Shown: piece by piece, positions 43,012 to 52,680 of the stretch
How positions within the stretch are numbered: the first letter of the stretch is position 1
Layout: every line of letters begins with the position of its first letter
Assembly (NCBI GenBank): GCA_963744145.1
Contig: CAVUSO010000001.1
Location: 2,176,001-2,240,000, forward strand
Source of the DNA: an uncultured cyanobacterium
Lineage (GTDB): Bacteria > Cyanobacteriota > Cyanobacteriia > Cyanobacteriales > CAWUOF01
DNA length: 64,000 bases
Direction: 5' to 3'
Program-made: the position numbers and the translations under genes
Notes under the pieces: generated by a model
The model's database searches: none
What the model saw: only the letters and a program-made list of their open reading frames with translations
What the model was told of the DNA's origin: nothing

Positions 43012-43569
43012 TTAGCTTTTAGTCTCAGGTGCAACAATTAAAGCTAACTCAATTTTTTCTTCTGGTTGAGCTGTTAATTCAACTCGAATTCCTGGTCCAA
43101 AAAAGTTAGCGATTTTTTGTTGCTTTTCTAGCCAAGTTGCTAAAGTAATTAGTGGTGAGTAAAATTCCAGCATCAATGTATAAGCACCTTCCACCTGGGT
43201 TTCCCTTAAACCAGTGAGGAGCGGTCTTTCTTCGTCTGTGGGTCTGAACCCTAGTCGATTTAAAGATTCATCCAGATGAGCTGCTTGACCATACCGATAT
43301 CTAGTCACATCTTTAATCAGTTGTTTTTGGGTCGCGGTAGCTTGTTGATTTCGTAGGATCAGAATTTCCGGAGCAGTTGGTTGGGTAAATGGGACTGGTT
43401 TTAGTTCCGATGCTTTTAGTGCAAGTCCTCCTAAACACAAGGGAATTCCATAAAAAAAACCCGCCAGATTTAGAGTAGCATTACCACTAGCATAAGCAGC
43501 AGTTCCTACCACTGTTAAAATCCCTCCCACGATTAAGCCTAGTGTTCCCAGGGAAATTTTACTTAACAT
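43012..43569 (-). CDS. DUF2854-like membrane protein
   Basis: GFFYGIPL.LGGLALKASELKP, DVTRYRYGQ..HLD, FFGPG. Confidence 0.75.
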   Translation of the reverse strand: MLSKISLGTLGLIVGGILTVVGTAAYASGNATLNLAGFFYGIPLCLGGLALKASELKPVPFTQPTAPEILILRNQQATATQKQLIKDVTRYRYGQAAHLDESLNRLGFRPTDEERPLLTGLRETQVEGAYTLMLEFYSPLITLATWLEKQQKIANFFGPGIRVELTAQPEEKIELALIVAPETKS

Positions 43570-43728
43570 TTGATTTTAATTCTCTCCGCACCTGATCTAG
43601 TTAAACTATTATTGCTTTTGGGCATTCGATTCAGATTAATAACGCTAAATTCCAGAAATATCCACTACCATTAAACTAACATGGTACTGGCAATTATTTG
43701 CTGATCCGATTTTTTAGGGCCATAAAAT

Positions 43729-43989
43729 ATGATCAAAGATGTAGAACCACAGTCAACCAATAAAAATCGTGCTTTAATCGATCAATTAGATTCATTAAAA
43801 CGAGAAGACCAAACTCTGTATAATATTTTAGCAGTAGATGTTTGGGCTTTGGCCAAAACGATGGATGAATTTCAACCAGGATTTTGGACAGCGTTTATGA
43901 AAAACCGTGAAAAAGCTCTGAAGCGTTTTATTGCGGAAATGATTCAAAATAAATCGGTAGATGTTAAACGTCCACCTTTTCTCCGTTAA
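43729..43989 (+). CDS. Hypothetical protein
   Basis: Clean 86-aa ORF in an intergenic gap. Confidence 0.65.
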   Translation: MIKDVEPQSTNKNRALIDQLDSLKREDQTLYNILAVDVWALAKTMDEFQPGFWTAFMKNREKALKRFIAEMIQNKSVDVKRPPFLR

Positions 43990-44062
43990 ACAAGCTGAAC
44001 TTGGTCTAACCTTTCTAGATGGTTGGGGAAATTAGCTGCTTGTTGTTACCAAATAAATTAAC

Positions 44063-45073
44063 ATGGCTCAACGTATTTATTTTCAATCTGTTACTGCTAT
44101 ATTAGGAGTCATGACATTTATTTCCCCAAGTATTGCCAGGGGAAGTCATGAGATGGTGTTCCCAGGAAATATCCCCACAATTATCTCTCAAAATAGCCAA
44201 GCTGTTGAATATTTTAAACAAGGTAGCATTCTTTATGATCAAGGAAATATTCAAGGTGCGGAAATAGCTTTGCGAAAAGCAATTGAAATCGATCCTAATT
44301 ATGCAGATCCACAGATAATTTTGGGGCTGATTTTAATTAATCAAAAAAAATCATCTGAAGCTAGTGATGCTTTTCGTCAAGCAATAAGGATTGATCCGAG
44401 TAATGTCGATTTTCATACTTTATTAGGAATTTCTTTAACTGAACAGGGTAAATTTACCGAAGCAGTGAGCGAGTTTGAAGAAGTAATTCGTCTCAATCCT
44501 ACCCGGGCTGAAGCTCATACCAATTTGGGACTTGCTTTAGCAGCTCAAGGAAAATTAATGGAAGCAACTGAATCTTTTCGAGCAGCGATTCGTCTTGATC
44601 CTCAAGCACCATTAACCTATAATAATTTAGGCAGAGTTTTAACCGATCAAAGGAAATTTAATGAAGCGGTGGTTGCGTATCAACAAGCAATTAGTTTAAA
44701 TCCTAAACTACCTGAGACACATAATAATTTGGGAATAGTGCTAATTAATCAAGGTAAGTTAGCAGAAGCAATCAGACAATATCGTCTAGCAATTCTGTTT
44801 AACCCTAAATATGCAGAAGCTTACCTAAATTTAGGATTAGCACTTAAACAACAAGGTGATGTTGATAGCGCGATCGACAATTATCGCACTGCAATTAATA
44901 TTGATCCTAACTATGCAAATGCTTATTTTCGTTTAGGAGTAATTTTAATCGAACAAGGAGAAGATGCGGAAGGTATAGAAAATCTGCAAAAAGCTAGAAG
45001 CTTATTTAAAGACCAAGGTGATTTTCAACAAGAAGCCAATATTACTCAAATTCTGCGTCAATTAGGTCAATAA
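44063..45073 (+). CDS. Secreted tetratricopeptide repeat protein
   Basis: N-terminal hydrophobic segment; about 8 TPRs (AI.LNP...A..NLG). Confidence 0.9.
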   Translation: MAQRIYFQSVTAILGVMTFISPSIARGSHEMVFPGNIPTIISQNSQAVEYFKQGSILYDQGNIQGAEIALRKAIEIDPNYADPQIILGLILINQKKSSEASDAFRQAIRIDPSNVDFHTLLGISLTEQGKFTEAVSEFEEVIRLNPTRAEAHTNLGLALAAQGKLMEATESFRAAIRLDPQAPLTYNNLGRVLTDQRKFNEAVVAYQQAISLNPKLPETHNNLGIVLINQGKLAEAIRQYRLAILFNPKYAEAYLNLGLALKQQGDVDSAIDNYRTAINIDPNYANAYFRLGVILIEQGEDAEGIENLQKARSLFKDQGDFQQEANITQILRQLGQ

Positions 45074-45086
45074 TCAGATCAAAGGT

Positions 45087-46649
45087 TCAACTAGGTTCAT
45101 GTTTTTTTAAACAATGAATTGCTTCTAAAAGACCTTTAGCTTTATTAATGGTTTCTTCATACTCTTTTTCTGGATCAGAATCAGCTACTATTCCTGCACC
45201 TGCTTGCACACTAACAATCTGTTTACCTGTTTGGGACCTTTGCACAATCATCGTCCGAATGGTAATCGCTGTATTTAATTGACCTTCAAAATCATAAAAT
45301 CCGTAAGCACCAGAATATGGTCCCCGACGACTACCTTCGAGTTCATAAATAATTTCCATTGCCCGAATTTTTGGCGCACCACTCACTGTCCCTGCTGGAA
45401 AACAAGCTTTCAGTAGTTCCCAAACGCTTTTAATGTCATGATCTAGTTCTCCCACCACATTACTAACAATGTGCATAACGTGAGAATAATATTCTATTTC
45501 TTTTAATTTAGTCGCTTTGACACTACCACTCACACAAACTCTACCCAGGTCATTTCGTCCTAAATCAACTAACATAACGTGTTCTGCTAGTTCTTTGGGA
45601 TCTTCGAGTAATTCGGTAGCTAACTGGACATCTTCTTGAGGTGTTTTACCCCGGGGACGAGTACCAGCAATGGGACGCACTGTGGTCATGATTTTCCCTG
45701 TTGGTAAAGTTTCCGCTTTGACCATGACTTCCGGACTAGAACCAATTATTTGCCAATCATGCAAGTGGAAATATGCCATATAAGGAGAAGGATTAATCAA
45801 ACGTAGCGATCGATAAAGTGCAAAAGGATCTCCTGAGTATTCAGTTGCTAAACGCTGGGAAAGAACTACTTGAAAAATATCTCCGGCTTTGATATAATCC
45901 TTAGCTTTTTTGACATTGGCGCAAAATTGGGCGCGAGTAGTGTTACTACTATATTCGCTTTTCTCTAGGCTCTGGTGAGTAGGAGGAGTCCATTCCAAAA
46001 AGCGATCTTGCTTGGTCAAAGGACATTCCAGTTTACTCACCAGTTGAGCCACCCGATCGCTAGCTCTGTGATATGCTGTGGCTAAATCTAGACTGGGATC
46101 ACGTAAATCAGCATAAGCGATCGCCCAAATTTTCCGTTTTACCTGATCAAAAATCAATAATTGATCAACTTGCATCCACAATCCATCCGGTAATTCAGTT
46201 TCATTAGTCGGATAAATCGGTACAGAAGGTTCAATCCACTGAATTAATTCATATCCCCAAAATCCAAATAAACCGCTTACACCTGGGGGAAGTTGAGCTA
46301 ATTTAACTGGGTTAATTGAAGCCAGACAATTAGCTAAAATGGCAAAAGGATCACCATTAAAAACTTTTTCTCCACCATCGCGCGGAATTTTAAGAGTGCG
46401 ATCGCCTTTAGTGGTCAATATCCATAAGGGATCGCAACCTAAGAAACTATAACGTCCAATTTTTTCTCCCCCTTCCACTGACTCCAACAAAAAGCTGTAG
46501 GGTTCACCAGCACAAACCTTATACCAAGCTGAAACCGGAGTTTCTAGATCCGCTACCCACTCTTGGTATACAGGGATAAAATTAAATTTACCATTCTGGT
46601 TACTAGTTTGAGCCAGTTCAGAAAAATGGGAGAAATTTGGAAAAACCAT
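45087..46649 (-). CDS. trpE: Anthranilate synthase component I
   Basis: LLES, GDIFQVVLSQR, NPSPY, PIAGTRPRG, EHVMLVDLGRND, GTVSGAPK. Confidence 0.95.
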   Translation of the reverse strand: MVFPNFSHFSELAQTSNQNGKFNFIPVYQEWVADLETPVSAWYKVCAGEPYSFLLESVEGGEKIGRYSFLGCDPLWILTTKGDRTLKIPRDGGEKVFNGDPFAILANCLASINPVKLAQLPPGVSGLFGFWGYELIQWIEPSVPIYPTNETELPDGLWMQVDQLLIFDQVKRKIWAIAYADLRDPSLDLATAYHRASDRVAQLVSKLECPLTKQDRFLEWTPPTHQSLEKSEYSSNTTRAQFCANVKKAKDYIKAGDIFQVVLSQRLATEYSGDPFALYRSLRLINPSPYMAYFHLHDWQIIGSSPEVMVKAETLPTGKIMTTVRPIAGTRPRGKTPQEDVQLATELLEDPKELAEHVMLVDLGRNDLGRVCVSGSVKATKLKEIEYYSHVMHIVSNVVGELDHDIKSVWELLKACFPAGTVSGAPKIRAMEIIYELEGSRRGPYSGAYGFYDFEGQLNTAITIRTMIVQRSQTGKQIVSVQAGAGIVADSDPEKEYEETINKAKGLLEAIHCLKKHEPS

Positions 46650-46715
46650 AGATTTTTACTTGACTCGATCGGATCACCGAGTTGTTTTCACAAGATCAGA
46701 TTAACTTGATTTGAT

Positions 46716-46763
46716 CAAAAACAATATTAGCCTCGGAAGTAGTTAACTTCCGAGACTGATATT
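46716..46763 (-). terminator. Probable intrinsic terminator after psaD
   Basis: ctcggaagt-agtta-acttccgag stem, extendable, followed by a T run on the minus strand. Confidence 0.6.
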
Positions 46764-46861
46764 AATATTATGGCATTGAGTGTGCAACACAATCAGCGCG
46801 TTGCCTCTGAGGCACAACTTTAATCAGACAGACTACGAAACTCGCATCACTAGCCGCAATT

Positions 46862-47290
46862 TTAGACTTCAAAAGTCTTATGACCAGTGAACTTAACTGT
46901 CGCAGGGTTCGGATTACTACCGATATTGCGAGCAATATTGCCCACATGAGGACGACCTGGATTTACCTTTTCTGGGAAAACTCCATCACTCGGATGTAGG
47001 AATTGGATTTCCCCATTTGGGAAGATCCGGTAAATTTTGTAGTTGTCAATTTTGGGCTTAATTTTTGTCCGCAGTTGATTTCCCAAAGCGATACATTGTT
47101 CCTTGCGAGCTAGATAAAGGAGGTTATCACCTTCGTGCATAGTAGCAGCACCACCTGTCGGCAATTCAAATACGATTGCTTTCGGGCTAGTCCAAGTAAT
47201 TGCGTATTTTTCTTCTACTAGAGCTTTGGTTAATAAGCCACCAGTGCTACCACCAAAAGCAGGGGTTTGTCCAGTTAAGGTTTCTGCCAT
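46862..47290 (-). CDS. psaD: Photosystem I reaction centre subunit II
   Basis: [37 protein letters not shown]. Confidence 0.98.
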   Translation of the reverse strand: MAETLTGQTPAFGGSTGGLLTKALVEEKYAITWTSPKAIVFELPTGGAATMHEGDNLLYLARKEQCIALGNQLRTKIKPKIDNYKIYRIFPNGEIQFLHPSDGVFPEKVNPGRPHVGNIARNIGSNPNPATVKFTGHKTFEV

Positions 47291-47319
47291 TGAATTAACT
47301 CTTTAGAACGTTCTAGGGA

Positions 47320-47370
47320 ATAGTATCATTGAAACCCTACTCATCTAGAAAATTTGTCAAGAACTGTAAC
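47320..47370 (-). promoter_or_regulatory. psaD promoter: TACTAT -10 and HLR1-like (RpaB) direct repeat
   Basis: Minus strand reads GTTACAGT-tc-TTGACAAA (47370-47353), 27 nt upstream of TACTAT, which is preceded by TGA. Confidence 0.55.
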
Positions 47371-47398
47371 ATTTCTGTGAACAAACCTGACACTGAAA

Positions 47399-47426
47399 GT
47401 AGGGGCGTATTGCCATACGCCCCTAC
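47399..47426. repeat. GTAG-REP palindrome
   Basis: gtaggggcgtat-tgcc-atacgcccctac, perfect 12-bp stem. Confidence 0.8.
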
Positions 47427-47451
47427 CAGTCAGGTGAAGAAATGGCCAGAT

Positions 47452-49497
47452 TTACTCAGGATTTTTGGCTTTTAGTTTTCGTGCCGATCGCTTAATCGCG
47501 ATTGGTGCCGAGTTAGAATTAACTGGATTGGAGGATTCTAGAGAACTATCAGTAACAATCGGAATTGTGAAATGAAATTCACTACCTTGGTCTTTACCAA
47601 CGGATTTTGCCCAAATTTGACCACCCCAGCTCGTGACAATTTGCCGACAAATCGCCAAACCCAGACCAGTACCTCCCGTAGAGCGTCTGAGGGCACCTTC
47701 TTCCTGATAAAATCGATCAAAAACTGCTTCTAGTCGATCTGGAGTAATTCCCCTTCCTGTGTCGGCGATCGTTACTTCTAGCATTTGACTATTATAAAGA
47801 TGAGCCAGTAGGGTAACTTCTCCCTCCGAACCGGTAAATTTACAAGCATTATCCAACAGTTTCGCCAATACCTCCACCAACCATTCCCCATCAGCGCGAA
47901 CTAAAGGTAGTTCTGGGGGTAATTTGGTTTTAATGACAGGCAATTTTTGATCATAATGACGTGCGCGAATATTACTGAGGGCTAAATCTATACATTCTTG
48001 TAAGGGGAGAGACTCTAAATGCCATTCGACTCGACCACTTTCTAATTGAGATAGAGTGAGAAAATCCTGCACCAGTTTACGCAATCGTTCGGCATCAGCG
48101 AGGGCTGTATTGAGCATGACCTGCTGTAATTCTGGTGCCATATTTGGTTCAGTGGCTAAACTTTCTAGACAAACTTGAATCGTTGAAAGGGGAGTGCGGA
48201 GTTCGTGACCAGTAATGGCGATTAAATTGCTGCGAGTGCGTTCTAGTGCTTCTAGTTGCTGATTAAGGTCTTCTAGGTTAGCATAAGCTTCCCCTTGAAT
48301 TAAGGCTACTCCTACTTGGGCAGCGATCGCCTCAACTAGGGATAGGTCATCAGCTTGCCAATGAGGTAAACAATCCGCACAATGGTGTAATTCTACTATG
48401 CCGCGAATTTGTCCGCCATAAAGCACAGGCACCATTAACCATGAATTAATCTGAAATTGCTCAATTAGTTCGGCAATCTGAGTTTTCCCAAATCGAGGGT
48501 CATTTTTAGCACTTTGCACATAAACTTGTTCTCGACGCTGTACTACTTCGGCAAATAAGGGATTAGTTTGGAGTGACCATTCTTTTCCCGTTAAAGCCAC
48601 CACCGCTGAACCTAAAAATTCATGTCGAATTGTTGCTACTTTATCATTGGCTTGACAACGATAGATCAGACAACGGCAAACTCCGAGAGCCTGTCCTAAT
48701 TCTTGGGCTGCAACTTGCAGAATTTCCTGGGGATTCAGGGTGCGTCTAATTGCAGCTGTAATTGAGTTGACTAAACGTTCTTTTCTTTCCTGACTAGAGC
48801 GAGCTGCGTAAGCTTTGAGTAATTTATATTGTCCAGCTTGGAGATAATTGACTAGACGTTGAGCAAAGGGATCGGGAGCCACACTTTGACATTCGAGTGG
48901 TTGCTGTTGCAATAATTGCGATCGCGCTTGCTTGATTTTTTCCTTTAGCTCTGGTCGATATTTGGCGATCCGATTCAGTAATATTGCTGCCATTTTGCAA
49001 CTAACTTGACGGTCAAACGTCCAGATTCCTTCAAATCGACGAGATGTGTCCATATCTATGCTCGTCTCCGTTTTAAAGTTATCTTTTGTGGTTAACCCTT
49101 CTCTTTCCCGACAAATTAAACAACTGGTATATTGCTGTCCAATCACGACTAAGTGCCATTCGTGACTCAGAGGATCGCTCGGTCTAAATGCTACTGTTTC
49201 ATATCCATCGGAGCGGTTGCTAAAATCGGTTTCTGGGGCAGCTAGTATGTATAACTGATTGGTAAGTTCCGCAATCCGTTCATAGCGATGGGCTTCTTGA
49301 CGATAGAATCGTTCTGTTTGGAAGCAGGCAATTACTAAAGGGCTATCAGACCCAGCCAATACCTGATCTTCCATCGCATGGGAAAGAGCTGTTAAGGAAG
49401 ATTTAAAATAAATTTGCGGTCGTAACTGAGGCAGGGCTTGTAGTAGTTCATCCAGTACCGAATTAGGAACGCGCATTGATCTCCGTTTCAGCTCCAT
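47452..49497 (-). CDS. DICT-GAF sensor histidine kinase (Hik2/CSK-like)
   Basis: YFKSSLTALSHAMED (DICT), GAF, GHELRTPL, DNACKFT, GGTGLGL; start may be 49476. Confidence 0.88.
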   Translation of the reverse strand: MELKRRSMRVPNSVLDELLQALPQLRPQIYFKSSLTALSHAMEDQVLAGSDSPLVIACFQTERFYRQEAHRYERIAELTNQLYILAAPETDFSNRSDGYETVAFRPSDPLSHEWHLVVIGQQYTSCLICREREGLTTKDNFKTETSIDMDTSRRFEGIWTFDRQVSCKMAAILLNRIAKYRPELKEKIKQARSQLLQQQPLECQSVAPDPFAQRLVNYLQAGQYKLLKAYAARSSQERKERLVNSITAAIRRTLNPQEILQVAAQELGQALGVCRCLIYRCQANDKVATIRHEFLGSAVVALTGKEWSLQTNPLFAEVVQRREQVYVQSAKNDPRFGKTQIAELIEQFQINSWLMVPVLYGGQIRGIVELHHCADCLPHWQADDLSLVEAIAAQVGVALIQGEAYANLEDLNQQLEALERTRSNLIAITGHELRTPLSTIQVCLESLATEPNMAPELQQVMLNTALADAERLRKLVQDFLTLSQLESGRVEWHLESLPLQECIDLALSNIRARHYDQKLPVIKTKLPPELPLVRADGEWLVEVLAKLLDNACKFTGSEGEVTLLAHLYNSQMLEVTIADTGRGITPDRLEAVFDRFYQEEGALRRSTGGTGLGLAICRQIVTSWGGQIWAKSVGKDQGSEFHFTIPIVTDSSLESSNPVNSNSAPIAIKRSARKLKAKNPE

Positions 49498-49933
49498 CTG
49501 GCCAAATTCTACGTTTTTACTGGTTTTGTTGGTACTTGTTACCTAGTAGCAGGTTGGGTTAAACAAATTATTGACTAAATTTCAATCTACTTTTTTTTTT
49601 GACTATATCTTACTCAGTTTAACCAAAATTACGAGAATTTTTATAAATAGAAAAATTTACATAAAACTTTACAAATTTGCTTCATTACCCCCAAACTTGA
49701 TTTGCCAAATATTACTAATGATGGCTGTTCGTGGCCCACTTTTGCTGACCTTCCTTTTGCCAATTAATGATAAGATCGGGTTGAGATTGTGGGAGATTTT
49801 GATAAAATGTTTTAAAATAAAATATCAGCCTCTGCTACTTAAATAAAAGTCAGGTAACTAAGATGATTGGTGCCAGTCAAAAATTAAACCTGTAGGGGAC
49901 TTACTGCTCAATTTAAAATCAAATTATCCGCAA

Positions 49934-52405
49934 TTGAACATGATGCTAAACCAGTTACGATTTGTGCTAAATAGTGATGAAAAAACCGATTTGCGCCAGT
50001 TTATTATCGAATTACGTTCCAGTGATAATTCCGGTGATTTTAGCTATTTTTTACGAAATCAAATTGCCCACGCTTTTGCTGAATACTGCATTAAGCAGGA
50101 AAAACCAGCCTACTTTTATCATGCTTCGTCTCTAGGAGAATTCATTAAACATGTTCATGAAATGATTCTCGAAGAAGAAAGTATCTGGTTTATCGTCCGA
50201 CCCAAAATTGCGACTCAAGAAATTTATCGAATCACCACAGATTTAACAGTAGTAGAAACGGTTTCTATTCAAGATTTACTTGATCTACGCGATCGCAAAG
50301 TTCATCCTCACCACCACCATCAAGGTGGAGTTCTCGAAATCGATTTTGAGCCATTTTATGACCAATCTCAGATCATCCGTGATCCGAGAAATATTGGTAA
50401 AGGGATAGAATTTCTGAATCGGTATCTAGCAGGTAATTTATTTGCTAATCCCGATCTGTGGCTAAATTCGCTGTTAAAGTTTTTACGAGACCATCAGTAT
50501 AATGGGATTCCTTTACTAATTAACGATCGCATTCAAACCAGTACCCAGTTAAGTGAACAAGTTAAACTAGCTTTAAATTTTCTGAGTAAGCAATCAACTG
50601 ATCAACCTTATGTAGAGTTGCGATTCAAATTACAAGAAATGGGATTTGAACCAGGTTGGGGAAATACCGCAGGGACAGCACAACAAACCTTTGAATTACT
50701 CGATAAGTTAATTGAATCTCCCGTAATCGAAATTGAACGCGATCGCATAGTTCATGGTTTATTAGAAGCTTTTATCTCCCGGATACCTCTAATTTTTCGG
50801 ATTGTCCTGGTTTCAGTTGATGGTTGGGTCGCTCAATCCGGTGTAATTGGACGTACAGATACAGCAGGTCAAGTAGTTTATGTAATTGAACAAGCAAAAA
50901 ACTTGGAAAAACAATTACAACTAGACTTCAAACTTGCTGGTTTAGATCTCCTAGAAATCAAACCTCAAGTTATTGTTCTAACGCGGTTAATTCCCCATAG
51001 TGAAGGAACTCTTTGTCACCAGCGTAAAGAAAAAATTGATGATACAGAAAATGCTTGGATCTTGCGAGTTCCTTTCCGAGAATGTGACCATAAAATTCTT
51101 GAGAATTGGATTTCTCGCTTGGAAATATGGCCCTATTTGGAAAACTTTGCTATTGATGCTGAAAATGAATTAATTTCCGAATTACATGGACATCCAGAGT
51201 TAATTATTGGTAATTATTCCGATGGCAATTTAGTAGCATTTTTGCTGGCGAAGAAGTTAAAATCAATTCATTGTTTTATTGCCCATACTTTAGAAAAGCC
51301 TAAATATTTATTTAGTAATCTCTATTGGCAAGAATTAGAATCTCAATATCATTTTTCTTTGCAGTTTACAGCAGATTTAATTGGGATGAATGTAGCTGAT
51401 TTTATTATTACCAGCACCGATCAAGAGATTGTGGGCACCCATGAAAGCTTTGGGCAATATGAATCCTATAAGAGTTTTACTATGCCAGGATTATATCGGG
51501 TGATTAATGGGATTGAGTTATTTAGTCCCAAATTTAACGTGATTCCTCCAGGAGTAAATGAACATATATTTTTCCCCTACAGTGAAACTGAAAATCGAGT
51601 CAGTGCTGAACGCGATTGGATTAATGATTTACTTTTTATGAAGGAAGAAACACAACAGATTATTGGTAAACTTGCTGATCAAAACAAACGACCAATCTTA
51701 GCGATCGCACCGCTCAATAGTAGTAAAAATTTAACTGGTTTAGCAGAATGTTTTGGTAAAAGTATCGCTTTACAGGAACAATGTAATTTGATTATCGTCA
51801 CCCATAAAATTAACCCGATCGCAGCAAGCAACCCAGAGGAAAAAAATGAGATCGAGAAATTGCAGGAAATCATCGAACGATATCATCTACATGACCGAGT
51901 TCGGTGGCTCGGTTTACGATTAAGAAAACCGGAGATTGGTGAGGTATACAGAATTATTGGCGATCGGGGTGGGATTTTTGTCAATGCTGCCAAATTTGAA
52001 GCATTTGGGCTAACAGTTTTAGAAGCAATGATCTCGGGTCTACCCACTTTTGCCACTCAATTTGGCGGACCTTTAGAAATTATCCAAGATGGAGAAAATG
52101 GTTTTCATATTAACCCAACAGATTTGGAGGGAACAGCTACAAAAATTTTGGATTTTTTTGAGCGATGTGACAATAATTCCCACTACTGGGACCAAATATC
52201 AGAGCGAGCTATCAAACGAGTTCGTGATAAATATAACTGGCATAATCATAGTAAACAACTACTGTTACTGGCCAAAATCTATAGTTTTTGGCATGATGCT
52301 GCTAAACCAAATCGTGAAGCGTTACGACGCTATGTAGAAGCATTATTTTATTTGATTTACCAGCCCAGAGCAACTCAGATGTTAATGTCGCATTGTCAAA
52401 AGTGA
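49934..52405 (+). CDS. Sucrose synthase (divergent SusB-like type)
   Basis: GFEPGWG, GQVVY, TRLIP, ILRVPF, IGNYSDGN, FTAD, EAFGLTVLE; exact start uncertain (TTG 49934 or ATG 49940/49943). Confidence 0.9.
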   Translation: MNMMLNQLRFVLNSDEKTDLRQFIIELRSSDNSGDFSYFLRNQIAHAFAEYCIKQEKPAYFYHASSLGEFIKHVHEMILEEESIWFIVRPKIATQEIYRITTDLTVVETVSIQDLLDLRDRKVHPHHHHQGGVLEIDFEPFYDQSQIIRDPRNIGKGIEFLNRYLAGNLFANPDLWLNSLLKFLRDHQYNGIPLLINDRIQTSTQLSEQVKLALNFLSKQSTDQPYVELRFKLQEMGFEPGWGNTAGTAQQTFELLDKLIESPVIEIERDRIVHGLLEAFISRIPLIFRIVLVSVDGWVAQSGVIGRTDTAGQVVYVIEQAKNLEKQLQLDFKLAGLDLLEIKPQVIVLTRLIPHSEGTLCHQRKEKIDDTENAWILRVPFRECDHKILENWISRLEIWPYLENFAIDAENELISELHGHPELIIGNYSDGNLVAFLLAKKLKSIHCFIAHTLEKPKYLFSNLYWQELESQYHFSLQFTADLIGMNVADFIITSTDQEIVGTHESFGQYESYKSFTMPGLYRVINGIELFSPKFNVIPPGVNEHIFFPYSETENRVSAERDWINDLLFMKEETQQIIGKLADQNKRPILAIAPLNSSKNLTGLAECFGKSIALQEQCNLIIVTHKINPIAASNPEEKNEIEKLQEIIERYHLHDRVRWLGLRLRKPEIGEVYRIIGDRGGIFVNAAKFEAFGLTVLEAMISGLPTFATQFGGPLEIIQDGENGFHINPTDLEGTATKILDFFERCDNNSHYWDQISERAIKRVRDKYNWHNHSKQLLLLAKIYSFWHDAAKPNREALRRYVEALFYLIYQPRATQMLMSHCQK

Positions 52406-52680
52406 AGTAATCACCAAAAATCGAAGAAAATTGCCGGAAGTTCGACCGGCTTACACCGGAAAAAATTAACTTTTCTCATATCATCCACTTCCGGATATTC
52501 TAAACTTATCCGGAAAATCAATGTGAGGCAGATTAAACTATAGATAAAGGCAAAAATGTCATTACATCTTTGCTCCTCCCATTACACTTTTATTTAGCTA
52601 CGGTTCATAGCTTTTATATATTCTATCTGGGCATCTATATAGCGCAATTGATCGTACTGATTTCCGGAATTCCCGATCCT

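Noticed and set aside
49571..49846. 91-aa ORF and a TTTACATA/TTTACAAA repeat
   Set aside because: AT-rich divergent promoter region with a TTG start; the repeat spacing is 4 bp rather than the 2 bp of HLR1.
52489..52515. ttccggata/tatccggaa hairpin between sucrose synthase and GH65
   Set aside because: No U-tract on the coding strand and no other support for a function.
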